DNA of 20,417 bases. Source: Paraphysomonas bandaiensis (Eukaryota; Protista; Chrysophyceae). The notes under the pieces were generated by a model, which ran no database searches, had not been told where the DNA came from, and saw nothing but the letters and a program-made list of their open reading frames with translations. A program made the position numbers and the translations under genes. Shown here piece by piece: positions 1 to 9,185 of the stretch. Location of the stretch: the NCBI GenBank assembly GCA_965644295.1, contig CBFFRP010000603.1, forward strand, positions 1 through 20,417. Direction: 5' to 3'. The number at the start of each line of letters is the position of its first letter. Position 1 is the stretch's first letter.

Positions 1-940
1 TTTGTTTTTAGCTATCTACGACTTTAGACTAGTGGTATCAAAGTTGCTAAATACTGAGTTTTCTCGGGACTGCTTGTGCATTGCTGCAAGCACCTTGGTG
101 CAACCATCCCTTGTGTTGGGCTTAGTCCGGTGGTCTTCCTTTGGGTAATGTCTCTGCCGGTCCGGAGCCACTTGTGGTCCGGGATGTGGAGGGTGGGGTT
201 TTGATTCGTGGGTGTGAGTCGGTGACAGGGGATCTGGGAGCTCCAGTCGTGTCTGGGTTTCGTTTGAAGGTGAGAGTCGCTTGTATCCGGGCCGGATTTG
301 CAGGCCTGCGTTGTGGGCGAGTTCGCGTGGGGGGCTTGGCTCTAGGGGTGGATGTTGCTTGAAGGAGTTGAAGGATTGCCGAGTTGGTGGTAGAGTGAGT
401 GCGGTGTGGTTGTGAGCTTGTAGGAGTCGAGGGTTGCGTCAGTGGTACGAGTGTTGTGATGTCTGCAGCCTCTGTTTTTGAGCATGTTCATCCCTCCGTT
501 GTAGAGAGGGAGTAGGATCTTGGTGACAAGATTGTTCGAGTTTGTGGAACTGATATTCGAGTAGTGGCGTGGAGAAGTTACTGCCAGGCGTTTTTCAGTT
601 GCGATGCGGTGAGTTGGCCGGTCCAGTATCTTTCAATTTGGGGTGTGTTAGGTTCCCATGCGGCCTTTGCCAATTTGTTCAGAGCGGTGTGGAACCATGG
701 GCGAGGGAGTCGTTGCCTGTGAAGTTTGTCTAGTTGTGATTGCTGTGTTTGGAAGGCGTGTTCGCGTATGAGGGCAATCTCCGGTTGTGTGCATTGGAGG
801 AGCATGTGTGCCATGTTGTCCGTTATGTGATCGCAGTCTGTGCATTTGGCGGCTGTCGTGAGGTCGTCCCCGGCTTTGCCCTTTGCTCGGTTTCTGCCGA
901 TTGCGTATGATTTGTCCCATACATATGCAGTTTCGCAGCA
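1..940 (-). mobile_element. Non-LTR retrotransposon (LINE) 3' fragment, degenerate ORF2 C-terminus
   Basis: Extending the 578..814 minus ORF upstream in frame reads YVWDKSYAIGRNRAKGKAGDDLTTAAKCTDCDHITDNMAHMLLQC. This contains CX2CX8HX4C, the zinc knuckle typical of the C-terminus of LINE ORF2. The minus strand is strongly C/A-rich. Downstream frames are broken by stops/shifts and end in a Pro/Thr/Arg-rich tail (...PKGRPPD*, stop at ~122). Confidence 0.7.
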
Positions 941-941
941 T

Positions 942-2351
942 ATGTTAAAAACCGACCCTAGTAGCTGTAGTTGGGTCGACTCGGATCGGTTGTCGACATT
1001 GGATGAAGCCGCAATGGAACATATTGACGATCTATTACGTTATTATGTGCTGGATATGACAACATATGGTATTGATTCGGACAAACTACAGTCCCTCACG
1101 GACGACCAACATGAGCAAGTGTGTCGTTTGTTTGACAACGCACAAGAGGTGGACAAAGCATGTCTCAGCACATTACTGAATTGTAGAATCCATGATTTGG
1201 TTAGTATCCCGACGAACCATAGTCTCGTAGTCGTCAACAAGAAGTTGGAGTACATACCATTTAGACTATCTAATATGGACGCAACTATGAATGAACCATT
1301 TGCTGTGTTTTGTAACGACTACAATTCGTACTTTGCCAACGCTTGCCGTGCAAAAACCCCATATATATCGAGTGAATTAATAAAGAAAGACTTGTCTCGC
1401 GGGGGTGGACTCAATGCACTTATAGATGATACAACACGGAAACTCGAGTTTATGTCACTTGTGTGCGAAACGTTGGATGTACGGCATTCGTTTTGTAATA
1501 AAGAGGGTATACCTCGGAAAAATGTTGAAGAATTGGTGGATTCCATCAGTGAGGGACAAAGCAATACTTTGAAAGAAATATTTGACCTTCAGTGTCATGC
1601 GATCAAAATAAATACGCGTTTTACGGAGAAGTTAAGGTTCGTGAATACTATTTTAAAGACATGGAGTGGTATGGAAATCTACTCCAAGGAAACGGGTCAC
1701 TCAAAAAGGGAAGTATATAATACAAAGTGTAAACAAGAGATGATATATGATATTGTGCGACCATATAAAACTTCGACACGATCTTCATTTAAGAAAAGGA
1801 GGGATGGTAATATCTTAGATAATATTAATTTAATATTAAATCCCATAAAAATTGAATACCGACCACAGGATTGGCTCTTCCGTATTTTTGCGTACATCGA
1901 AGCCGGGAATCCGTCAACCAGATATGACAACATCGAATTCACCGACAAAATAAACTCCATTCGTTCATGCCTCAAGCATTATGTCGTGGAATACGACTAT
2001 GATCTGGAAAGATATCCTATTCCTAGTTGCGAAATGGAAGAGTCGATATACTACGAATCGGAACTCATTCGAAATTCGACGAATGACTACATTGCTATTC
2101 GAAATCGCATAACCAAAGAGATTATTACATGGCCTCAATTTGTATCTCGTGTTGCGGAATTTGTGAGTACTCACATCGACAAGTTGATTAGTGAATGCGT
2201 GAAATTCAAGGATGATATTGACGACGACATTCGGAGCCGTGTCATAGAACTAGAGAAATATAAAATCCTAACGATGCTGCAAAAACGACAACGTGAGACC
2301 GATTCCGAAAGTGTTGTAGATGAACCGCCCAGGAATCGCCCACGAAATTAG
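942..2351 (+). CDS. 5'-truncated viral protein, possibly the C-terminal half of an origin-binding (UL9/OBP-like) helicase
   Basis: Long ORF (track 840..2351). The first ~34 codons are antisense LINE sequence and the viral-composition part starts near ATG 942. The segment KLEFMSLVCETLDVRHSF...LRFVNTILKTWSGMEIYSK recalls C-termini of NCLDV origin-binding proteins (from memory). No helicase motifs remain. Confidence 0.4.
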   Translation: MLKTDPSSCSWVDSDRLSTLDEAAMEHIDDLLRYYVLDMTTYGIDSDKLQSLTDDQHEQVCRLFDNAQEVDKACLSTLLNCRIHDLVSIPTNHSLVVVNKKLEYIPFRLSNMDATMNEPFAVFCNDYNSYFANACRAKTPYISSELIKKDLSRGGGLNALIDDTTRKLEFMSLVCETLDVRHSFCNKEGIPRKNVEELVDSISEGQSNTLKEIFDLQCHAIKINTRFTEKLRFVNTILKTWSGMEIYSKETGHSKREVYNTKCKQEMIYDIVRPYKTSTRSSFKKRRDGNILDNINLILNPIKIEYRPQDWLFRIFAYIEAGNPSTRYDNIEFTDKINSIRSCLKHYVVEYDYDLERYPIPSCEMEESIYYESELIRNSTNDYIAIRNRITKEIITWPQFVSRVAEFVSTHIDKLISECVKFKDDIDDDIRSRVIELEKYKILTMLQKRQRETDSESVVDEPPRNRPRN

Positions 2352-3730
2352 ATCTTTATGATTTCAATATCTGCATGAAGTGCCGTAGTTATGCTCGCGC
2401 AATCAAAGTTGTATTCGCTGTGGAATGTCAAATGAAATTCCCCAGCCGTTTTGACATCCACGTACATTGAAACCGATCCCGATAGTACCTCAAGTGAACC
2501 TTTGTTTAGTTTCCATTTATGTTCGGAAGTGGCTGATATTTTTTGGTTGAAACCATTTTTTAATAATTGTATATGGGTTTTAAAATAATATAAACTTTCT
2601 AGTGCTCCAAGTTTGTAGTGAACAGTAATTAAATACCGTCCGATGTAATTAAATCGCCCGCTGGTTGTAAAAAATGGGAGCATATCCTCAGGTGCAATGG
2701 TAAAAACGCCCAACTCCCCTTGCAATGCCGTTGATGTGAATGCATGCGTGTCGGTGTACTGACCCGATCCGAGGTCGGGAACATCGTAACCTATGTATTG
2801 TGAACGAGTCAAATCGTAGCGGATACTTCTATACTTGGACATACTTAAGAGCAATGTCGTGTTGTTGATAAGATCGGATTTTAAACTAGACGTGAAGGCA
2901 GTCGTTTGCGTTGAGCCATCCGGAAACACAATCTTTCCATCTCCGTGTAAAAGGCCAATTCCGTCCGATGTGATCACATATAGACTATTATCACATTCGA
3001 GTTGATTATCAAATACCGTTTTATTAACGGTCGCAATTTGGTGTTGTGTGCAATTCTGTACATCCGCAATATCACTTTCCAGGTTGGTTTTGATTTCATT
3101 GGTAAATGCTGTCGACTGGATACTTCCATCAAAAAATGTAAGTTTACTATCGGCGTCCAAAAGACTTATTCCGTCTTGCGATGTAACATGCAAACTATTA
3201 CATCCGACCGGACACGTGAATGTCGTAGTACCCGCAATGACAGATTGATATTGCGTTCGAATTTGAACATTTGTGATGTCACCTTCGTAATTCACCAAAT
3301 CACTCTTTAACTGATCTGTAAACGCGGTCCGCTGTACGGAATTATCGTGGAACCGGATACAACTTGTGGCATCGGTGAGTTTCAATTCGGCCATACTTTT
3401 ATCAAATAAAAACCCATTGTGAATGTTCAGGTCACCTGTCGTCACAACGGTGGACGTGTCGTCAGCGACCATGTGTTGCGTACGTTCATCAATTCCAACA
3501 ATTTTGTCGACATTGTCCCGATGTACTTGTGTAAATGCAACGGATTGTGAAGTGTCACCGTTAAAATGAATAGATGGCAACGATATGGCACCACTAAAAC
3601 TAGCACCACTAAGCTTAGCATATTGGGTGAGAGAATGATCGAGTTCATCATCCTCGACCGACCCGTTGTTTCGCCGATGGTAGTCGGCGTTATTATATTG
3701 TTCAGAATTTACTGGATTGTATTGTGCCAT
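2348..3730 (-). CDS. Fiber/spike-like protein 1 (460 aa, ~70-aa repeats)
   Basis: Four repeats: IHFNGDTSQSVAFT, IRFHDNSVQRTAFT, LTFFDGSIQSTAFT and IVFPDGSTQTTAFT, each followed by a short helix. The xFxDGSxQxTA motif is common in viral tail fibers. Beta-rich C-terminal head. Confidence 0.7.
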   Translation of the reverse strand: MAQYNPVNSEQYNNADYHRRNNGSVEDDELDHSLTQYAKLSGASFSGAISLPSIHFNGDTSQSVAFTQVHRDNVDKIVGIDERTQHMVADDTSTVVTTGDLNIHNGFLFDKSMAELKLTDATSCIRFHDNSVQRTAFTDQLKSDLVNYEGDITNVQIRTQYQSVIAGTTTFTCPVGCNSLHVTSQDGISLLDADSKLTFFDGSIQSTAFTNEIKTNLESDIADVQNCTQHQIATVNKTVFDNQLECDNSLYVITSDGIGLLHGDGKIVFPDGSTQTTAFTSSLKSDLINNTTLLLSMSKYRSIRYDLTRSQYIGYDVPDLGSGQYTDTHAFTSTALQGELGVFTIAPEDMLPFFTTSGRFNYIGRYLITVHYKLGALESLYYFKTHIQLLKNGFNQKISATSEHKWKLNKGSLEVLSGSVSMYVDVKTAGEFHLTFHSEYNFDCASITTALHADIEIIKI

Positions 3731-3751
3731 TGAGTATTTAATAATTATTAT

Positions 3752-5383
3752 TTAATAAAAAATGCCAATATTACTTAATACATTTGTGGGAACCGTCCCC
3801 GATGTAGTATATATTACCGTAATTGTTTGAACAATCAACCCGCTACTGGTCACATCCGAAACATCAACGTTCGCTAACCCACCTGCCGCTTGAATTGTAT
3901 AAGACGTCGCATTAATTTTGCACGTATTGGCAAATGCCTTGTAGCTCGAAGTATCAATCAAAAGTGACACCGTAAAACTCGTGTGTGTAAACGCACCGGT
4001 GTTTACATTTGTTAGCAACAGCTCAAAATTGGTATTTGCCGCAAGATCAGAAAAGTAGACTACCGACCCGTTGTTGTAGTCATATGTCAACACATTTGAT
4101 GAAAACGTATATGTGGTCGATGCCGATTCCCGAATTTGTTTGGTTTGAACAGCTCCCGTGAAAACACCACCGGTTAGTCCCATTTTTGTATCAAGCTGAG
4201 ATTGAATATCAGATCCCACGTTTTGTAAAAAATTAAGTTTCGTATTGTTGACTACACCCGTTCCAACCAAACCACAATCCAATCGATTACTCACAGTAAT
4301 TGAATCATGTTTGCCAGCAACCGAAGTTTGCAACGTACTAATATCACTGTTGATTTGGGTAAAATTAGCTTGGTCACCATCCTGTAATCCGGTCAACGTG
4401 TTGATTTGATTTTGTAACCCTGTCAAGTCACTTTGAATGGAACTATCCACATCAACGTGTGCAAGCACATGACCGGTAAGATCGATATTAGCGGCGGCCA
4501 ATTTATTAACCCCGTCAATGACATTTTGTTTTGATGTTTCGAGATCGTTTATGTCACCCTCAATGTCGGTAATTACATTGGCCAACGTGTCGTCACGCAC
4601 AACATCAAATACGAATGCCGAATCCAGTCGATGAGTATTGTCAATTACATCGTGTTTGCTGTCGATATTAGATTGTAACACGGTGTCTTGTGTTTGGAGT
4701 GCCGTAATATCAGTTGTGTGTGTTGCCGTTGTTGTTTGGAGTGTCGCAATGTCCGATGCGTGGTTTGTGGTCAACGTTTGCAATGACCCAATCTCATTAG
4801 TATGGGTTGATATGTCGGAGACAATTCCATCAAGCTGGGTTTGTAGACTTGTTGAAATATCCACATGATCAAGTGGGGATCCTACTAAATCTACCACTCC
4901 CACGGGTAATTTATTCGTCGCATCGATGAGGTTATGTTTACCATCAATATGAGTTTGAAGCACGATGTCTTGTGTCTGGAGGGATGCAATATCCCCAGTA
5001 TGGGTTGTAATACTTGCGGTGATCCCACCAAGTTGCGTTTGTAGACTCGTCGAAATGTCAACATAATCGAGAGAACTACCTTGTAAATCCACCACCGAAA
5101 CGGGTAATTTATTCAATCCATCGATGACGTCGTGTTTACTCACTTGTAGCGATGTAATATCACTGTCGTTACTCGTAACTTGTGATTGAATGGATGCCAG
5201 CTGTGACGCAATTTGACTATCCGACAATCCACTTGCAGTGATGAGCTCGCCGGTCAATTTTCCACCAGATAATGGAAGGTAACTGTTCACAACCTCCACT
5301 GCTTCCAAAATATCATCGGTTGATCGATATTTGTAGTTGTATGGATTAAATCGTTGATCTTTAATTGCAATATACTTGGCCAT
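3752..5383 (-). CDS. Fiber/spike-like protein 2 (543 aa, coiled-coil shaft)
   Basis: Tail-fiber neck motifs YLPLSGGKLTGEL and KMGLTGGVFTGAV; Thr/Ser/Gln-rich heptads; five KH/QxxIxxxxK/RL modules (first two 66 aa apart and highly similar); beta-rich C-terminal domain. Confidence 0.75.
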   Translation of the reverse strand: MAKYIAIKDQRFNPYNYKYRSTDDILEAVEVVNSYLPLSGGKLTGELITASGLSDSQIASQLASIQSQVTSNDSDITSLQVSKHDVIDGLNKLPVSVVDLQGSSLDYVDISTSLQTQLGGITASITTHTGDIASLQTQDIVLQTHIDGKHNLIDATNKLPVGVVDLVGSPLDHVDISTSLQTQLDGIVSDISTHTNEIGSLQTLTTNHASDIATLQTTTATHTTDITALQTQDTVLQSNIDSKHDVIDNTHRLDSAFVFDVVRDDTLANVITDIEGDINDLETSKQNVIDGVNKLAAANIDLTGHVLAHVDVDSSIQSDLTGLQNQINTLTGLQDGDQANFTQINSDISTLQTSVAGKHDSITVSNRLDCGLVGTGVVNNTKLNFLQNVGSDIQSQLDTKMGLTGGVFTGAVQTKQIRESASTTYTFSSNVLTYDYNNGSVVYFSDLAANTNFELLLTNVNTGAFTHTSFTVSLLIDTSSYKAFANTCKINATSYTIQAAGGLANVDVSDVTSSGLIVQTITVIYTTSGTVPTNVLSNIGIFY

Positions 5384-5425
5384 ATTATATATTATATTAT
5401 TATTATGATAGATGTCTACTTTTTA

Positions 5426-5965
5426 CTAATCGGTCGTTAATTTTAGAATACAAATGTGAAATTTTTCAATACAATCGCGCAATGTCGGAAAGTTAACCCC
5501 GTGCAACTCCCTTCGGAAAAACACCTCGACGTGGTCCGCATGAACATCAATGAGAACGGGTTCTGTTTGCAAAAAGAAAAAGTCGTCGGCAATTTTATGG
5601 AAATCCATAGAATGAAACTTTGTGTTCACATATTCCACTCGAGATTTCACCACGTCCGGATTATTTCGCTCCGACAAATGAAAGCAATAGCAGACATCAG
5701 AGGGGGTGATTACTGATTCGTTGCAATCGATGGTCATGGTGACCTGGATGTAGTATGTTCCCTTCTCCAAAACCTGTTTCATCCCAAAATCAATGTCACC
5801 AAGGTCTTCCCCGGTATGCATGATGCTAAAATGACTGTGGCGGGTGATGTTGTAGTGACACGGTTCATAGAACGAATTAGGGACTGGCATTCTACGTTTA
5901 GAGTCAAGGTGAGTTGGCTTGTAGAATTTGTCGGGTTTGTGGTGTTTTGTTGGAGAACTGAACAT
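5426..5965 (-). CDS. Hypothetical protein (~179 aa)
   Basis: ORF fills the gap between fiber 2 and the integrase. ATG at 5965 is preferred over the track's alternative start at 5974 and is preceded by the TATTAA motif seen before other genes. No recognisable motifs. Confidence 0.6.
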   Translation of the reverse strand: MFSSPTKHHKPDKFYKPTHLDSKRRMPVPNSFYEPCHYNITRHSHFSIMHTGEDLGDIDFGMKQVLEKGTYYIQVTMTIDCNESVITPSDVCYCFHLSERNNPDVVKSRVEYVNTKFHSMDFHKIADDFFFLQTEPVLIDVHADHVEVFFRRELHGVNFPTLRDCIEKFHICILKLTTD

Positions 5966-5981
5966 CGGTAGCACTTTAATA

Positions 5982-7265
5982 TTATGAATATGTTTTTCGA
6001 AGCCGATTTAGCGCATTTGCTTTTTCCATCGTATAATTTAACCGAGTTTTGGGGTCGGGTTCGTGTTCAATTTTTTGTAAATGAGCACCAATGAGCCATT
6101 TAACTCGTGTTTCGTCATTATCATGTGATAAAAATTTCCCGTCTTCGGACTCGACTTTATACTTTCCACCTCGTTTTGCAACCACCGTGTACAGACCAAC
6201 ACTCCACCGGATTGCAATTTGTTTGTAATTGTTATTTTTTTTACGTTCTCTTACTTCCGGTATGAGCTCTAGAAGATTTATACGAACAGTATCTCCGACT
6301 TTTATTGGATCATGTACACGACGCATCGCTTTTTGTTTCTTCGATTTCGAGTGAGTACCTGACCATATTGCAATTGGAATTCCCACCCCTTCTACATATG
6401 AATGGTTGTAACTTTCTTCCGCCTCAGGTATATAATGAAACCATTGCCGGTTTTTGTTACGGACCATAAGTCGACGAATAAGTGACCTGACATAGCCATT
6501 TGTACTCTCAACCAACGAAAGGGGTGTATAGGACATGTTTCGTTTGAGTTGTATACCATATTGTTCAGTAAAATCAGCTGAAAAGTTAAATTCACCTCCG
6601 TTGTCACACCGAATGACCTTAGGCCATGTATGATGGGGTATCGAATCAAGAAGCTGACCTATTTGTTTTTCAATTGAAGCGGCATTTTTCAACTTGGTTC
6701 GTCTCAACCATACTCGGCGACTGTACGAGTCTTGTACTGTTAATATATATCGCCAAACATTCGTGGGGTATGTGCCATCGAACTTTTTCTTCATGTAGAA
6801 ACTAAAATCAATGAGATCCATTTCCCATGCGCTATGTGGAGTCGTTTTATGAATATAAGACAACGTATGAGGTCTTGTTTTCGTTGTGGTATATTGGTAA
6901 TCTTCTTGTCGTTTCAAAAACTTGGCAATATCACTTTTCTTGATGCCTATGTATTGATGTTTTATTGTGTTGTACCATTTATTGATCCCACCCGGTACAA
7001 GTTCTTTATAGATAGTGGACAACACCTCGTCTATTTGCGACGGCAAAACGAATTGCAATTTCAATTCACCGTCCACATAAAATAGTTTATTATTTTTCAA
7101 TTTGAAATGTTCCGGTGGCCATCGTTTCTCAAACAAATCTTTCTGACGATCGGTTAAATTAGAATTCCGAGCAAATCCACCTGTTCGTCGGAAACGTATA
7201 ATATCATTGTGCACCGACTGATTATATTGCTTGCGATTCAGTTTATTTAAAAGTGCCGCATCCAT
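5982..7265 (-). CDS. Retroviral-like (rve) DDE integrase, Polinton type
   Basis: WEMDLIDF (D1), YILTVQDSYSRRVW, IRCDNGGEF (D2), LVESTNGYVR (E), YNHSY, and the C-terminal KVGDTVRI...RWS...YTV block typical of Polinton integrases. No obvious HHCC finger or chromodomain. Confidence 0.92.
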   Translation of the reverse strand: MDAALLNKLNRKQYNQSVHNDIIRFRRTGGFARNSNLTDRQKDLFEKRWPPEHFKLKNNKLFYVDGELKLQFVLPSQIDEVLSTIYKELVPGGINKWYNTIKHQYIGIKKSDIAKFLKRQEDYQYTTTKTRPHTLSYIHKTTPHSAWEMDLIDFSFYMKKKFDGTYPTNVWRYILTVQDSYSRRVWLRRTKLKNAASIEKQIGQLLDSIPHHTWPKVIRCDNGGEFNFSADFTEQYGIQLKRNMSYTPLSLVESTNGYVRSLIRRLMVRNKNRQWFHYIPEAEESYNHSYVEGVGIPIAIWSGTHSKSKKQKAMRRVHDPIKVGDTVRINLLELIPEVRERKKNNNYKQIAIRWSVGLYTVVAKRGGKYKVESEDGKFLSHDNDETRVKWLIGAHLQKIEHEPDPKTRLNYTMEKANALNRLRKTYS

Positions 7266-7294
7266 ACTTTTCTTTAGTCATTGTTCCGCATTTT

Positions 7295-8041
7295 TTATCC
7301 ATCCACTATTATTTTTGACAAATCGAAGAATTCATTGTAATTCCGGCTTATCTTTTTTTGCATCAAGGGTGTCATGATGTCAAATTTCATAAAATCTGTC
7401 CTTTGTTCAGTACATACTCTATACATGCGGCGCAAATCAGCAATTGGAATTCCCAGTGCATATGTTTTTAAAATACGATTCAAATCCCCCACATCGGCCA
7501 GCGATTTGATTATAAGGTGTGTTAGATTCTTGCGGCAAAGATAGGGAATGTCATAAAACGATTGAGATATAAAACACGCAGTGATGTTATATTTGCGGCA
7601 CCTAATATAGTAATCACTGATCATATCAAGATTCCGTTTGCCACTCGTAATAATATCATCAAATACAACCAGTGTTTGCAATCCCGTCTTTTTTCCAGAA
7701 AGATCTTCCAACCTGAATTCGCTGGGTTTCTCAAAAAACTCAATGCTTGATCCCAATTGCTCTTTCAGAAATTTATATAACGGCTCGCTGTGGTCGGGAA
7801 TACACACGACAATTTTAGCAAACGTATCGGGCATCTTGGATATTAAATCAACAAGACACTGCGTTTTCCCAGTGCCACTACCACCAACAATGGCAAGACG
7901 GGCGGGGAGTGTGATTTGGTTTTGGTGAAAATTCGGATTTGGACATTCCGTCTTGGCCAGACCTCCAATTTTCTCGTACCAGTGGTAAACGGTATTGCGA
8001 TTGGTGGATACGGTTGTATTCTTAGACTTGCGGTTTGACAT
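7295..8041 (-). CDS. A32-like (FtsK/HerA) genome-packaging ATPase
   Basis: Walker A GGSGTGKT, Walker B LVVFDD, and the family-specific RKYNITACFISQSFYDIP..CRKN motif. Confidence 0.93.
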   Translation of the reverse strand: MSNRKSKNTTVSTNRNTVYHWYEKIGGLAKTECPNPNFHQNQITLPARLAIVGGSGTGKTQCLVDLISKMPDTFAKIVVCIPDHSEPLYKFLKEQLGSSIEFFEKPSEFRLEDLSGKKTGLQTLVVFDDIITSGKRNLDMISDYYIRCRKYNITACFISQSFYDIPYLCRKNLTHLIIKSLADVGDLNRILKTYALGIPIADLRRMYRVCTEQRTDFMKFDIMTPLMQKKISRNYNEFFDLSKIIVDG

Positions 8042-8069
8042 AATATTTTACTTTTATAAATACGTCTGT

Positions 8070-8226
8070 GTTTTTTTAATCGGGCGTCGGAATTGAATAT
8101 ATATATATAATCATTTTGACGCCCGATCCCTCCAAAATTGATTGCCGTAGAAGTTTTTTTTAAAAAAACACACATAAAATTTATATTCATTTCAAATCTA
8201 TGTGTATTTTTTTCAGCCAATCAGAA
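8070..8226 (+). repeat. Inverted repeat, left copy (157 bp) with internal hairpins
   Basis: Ungapped match to the reverse complement of 9866-10022 with 9 mismatches. Internal arms ATCGGGCGTC (8079-8088) / GACGCCCGAT (8118-8127) surround a (TA)n core. Confidence 0.97.
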
Positions 8227-8239
8227 ACAAGAATAGAAA

Positions 8240-9130
8240 TCAGGAACTATTTTTTACATATGATTGCATTGCTTCACCGACGGAGTGCCCCATTTCCTTT
8301 GCAGTTTGTGCCATTTCTTCCATGTTGGGTACATTTTTGTATTTATGTGACAAGTATGCCTTTCGAAGCATGGATGTTCCCACTTTTTTTCCAAATATTG
8401 CGTTTAGTCGTTGCGTGATTGTCGATGGTGTAAGTTTTTGTTGATTTTTGTTAAAGAAAACAAATTCCACGCGAAGACCTTTTGTAATCTTTTTCCATCG
8501 CTTGAGTAATGACAACACCTCTCGATCAATTTTGATACGCTGCGTCCCATACGTATCTTTTGTTTTATACCGCTGGAAAACAAACTCCCGTTTCTCCCAG
8601 TCGATATAATTATACTTTTTACTGGGTTGTAGCTTCAGTTCACTATAGTCGAGTGACCGCCGCGGGAGAACTCCCATCACCCCGCTGCACAACGATAGAA
8701 GAATAAAGGATTGTATCTCCTGTAGCTGTTCCATACTCAATTGTTTGACATACATTAGTTTCATAATTTTTGGTTTCATTTGCGCGTGTATTCGGACCAC
8801 CTCGGTAAAATCTACCCAATTGGCAGATTCGCGATCAGTTTTAGTTTGTTCTTTTTGTTTTGCATTGTAAATTTCAATATCTTCTTGCATGAGTCTACTA
8901 TATATGTCATTACCCGTGAGTATATAAAGGGCCGAACACGTCGTTTTACGTCGATTGATGTTTGGAATCCGTGTAATATAATCTATCAGTTGCTTTGTTT
9001 TATTTTGTATGTTGTCTTTACTAATACCCGTCGCATATAACGCGGAATTTATGAGTGACACGTACGTACGTACCGAACTGTCCGCCAATTTGGGTCGGTT
9101 AAAAAGAATAGTCTGTTTAATTGAATTCAT
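8240..9130 (-). CDS. Tyrosine recombinase (PLV-type YR)
   Basis: Catalytic residues in the expected order: R (LPRRSLDY), K (QRYKTKDTYG), second R (SMLRKAY, first His of HxxR replaced), H (MGHS) and terminal Y (MQSY). N-terminal helical domain (LADSSVRTYVS). Confidence 0.85.
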   Translation of the reverse strand: MNSIKQTILFNRPKLADSSVRTYVSLINSALYATGISKDNIQNKTKQLIDYITRIPNINRRKTTCSALYILTGNDIYSRLMQEDIEIYNAKQKEQTKTDRESANWVDFTEVVRIHAQMKPKIMKLMYVKQLSMEQLQEIQSFILLSLCSGVMGVLPRRSLDYSELKLQPSKKYNYIDWEKREFVFQRYKTKDTYGTQRIKIDREVLSLLKRWKKITKGLRVEFVFFNKNQQKLTPSTITQRLNAIFGKKVGTSMLRKAYLSHKYKNVPNMEEMAQTAKEMGHSVGEAMQSYVKNSS

Positions 9131-9185
9131 TGCTTTTTATTAAACGTCATATAAAAATACGACGCAACCATTCATACAAAACCAA

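Noticed and set aside
141-941. ORFs 141..362(+) and 648..941(-) as independent genes
   Set aside because: Antisense or alternative frames of the LINE fragment. The CCHC motif is in the 578..814 frame.
2348-5383. Bacteriophage origin or diversity-generating retroelement suggested by tail-fiber motifs plus a nearby RT
   Set aside because: Capsid, ATPase and protease are Polinton-type, the RT is Copia-type, and no template/variable repeat pair with adenine-specific mismatches was seen.
8134-8141. Mimivirus early promoter AAAATTGA in the left IR
   Set aside because: Mutated in the right copy, points away from the adjacent ATPase start, and is expected by chance in AT-rich DNA.
7843-8444. Track ORFs 7843..8220(-), 8200..8418(+), 8202..8444(+) and the MCFFQPIR extension of 9186..9890(-)
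   Set aside because: They start within the non-coding inverted repeats. The shared FFQPIR peptide simply reflects the repeat, and they overlap the ATPase or YR genes.
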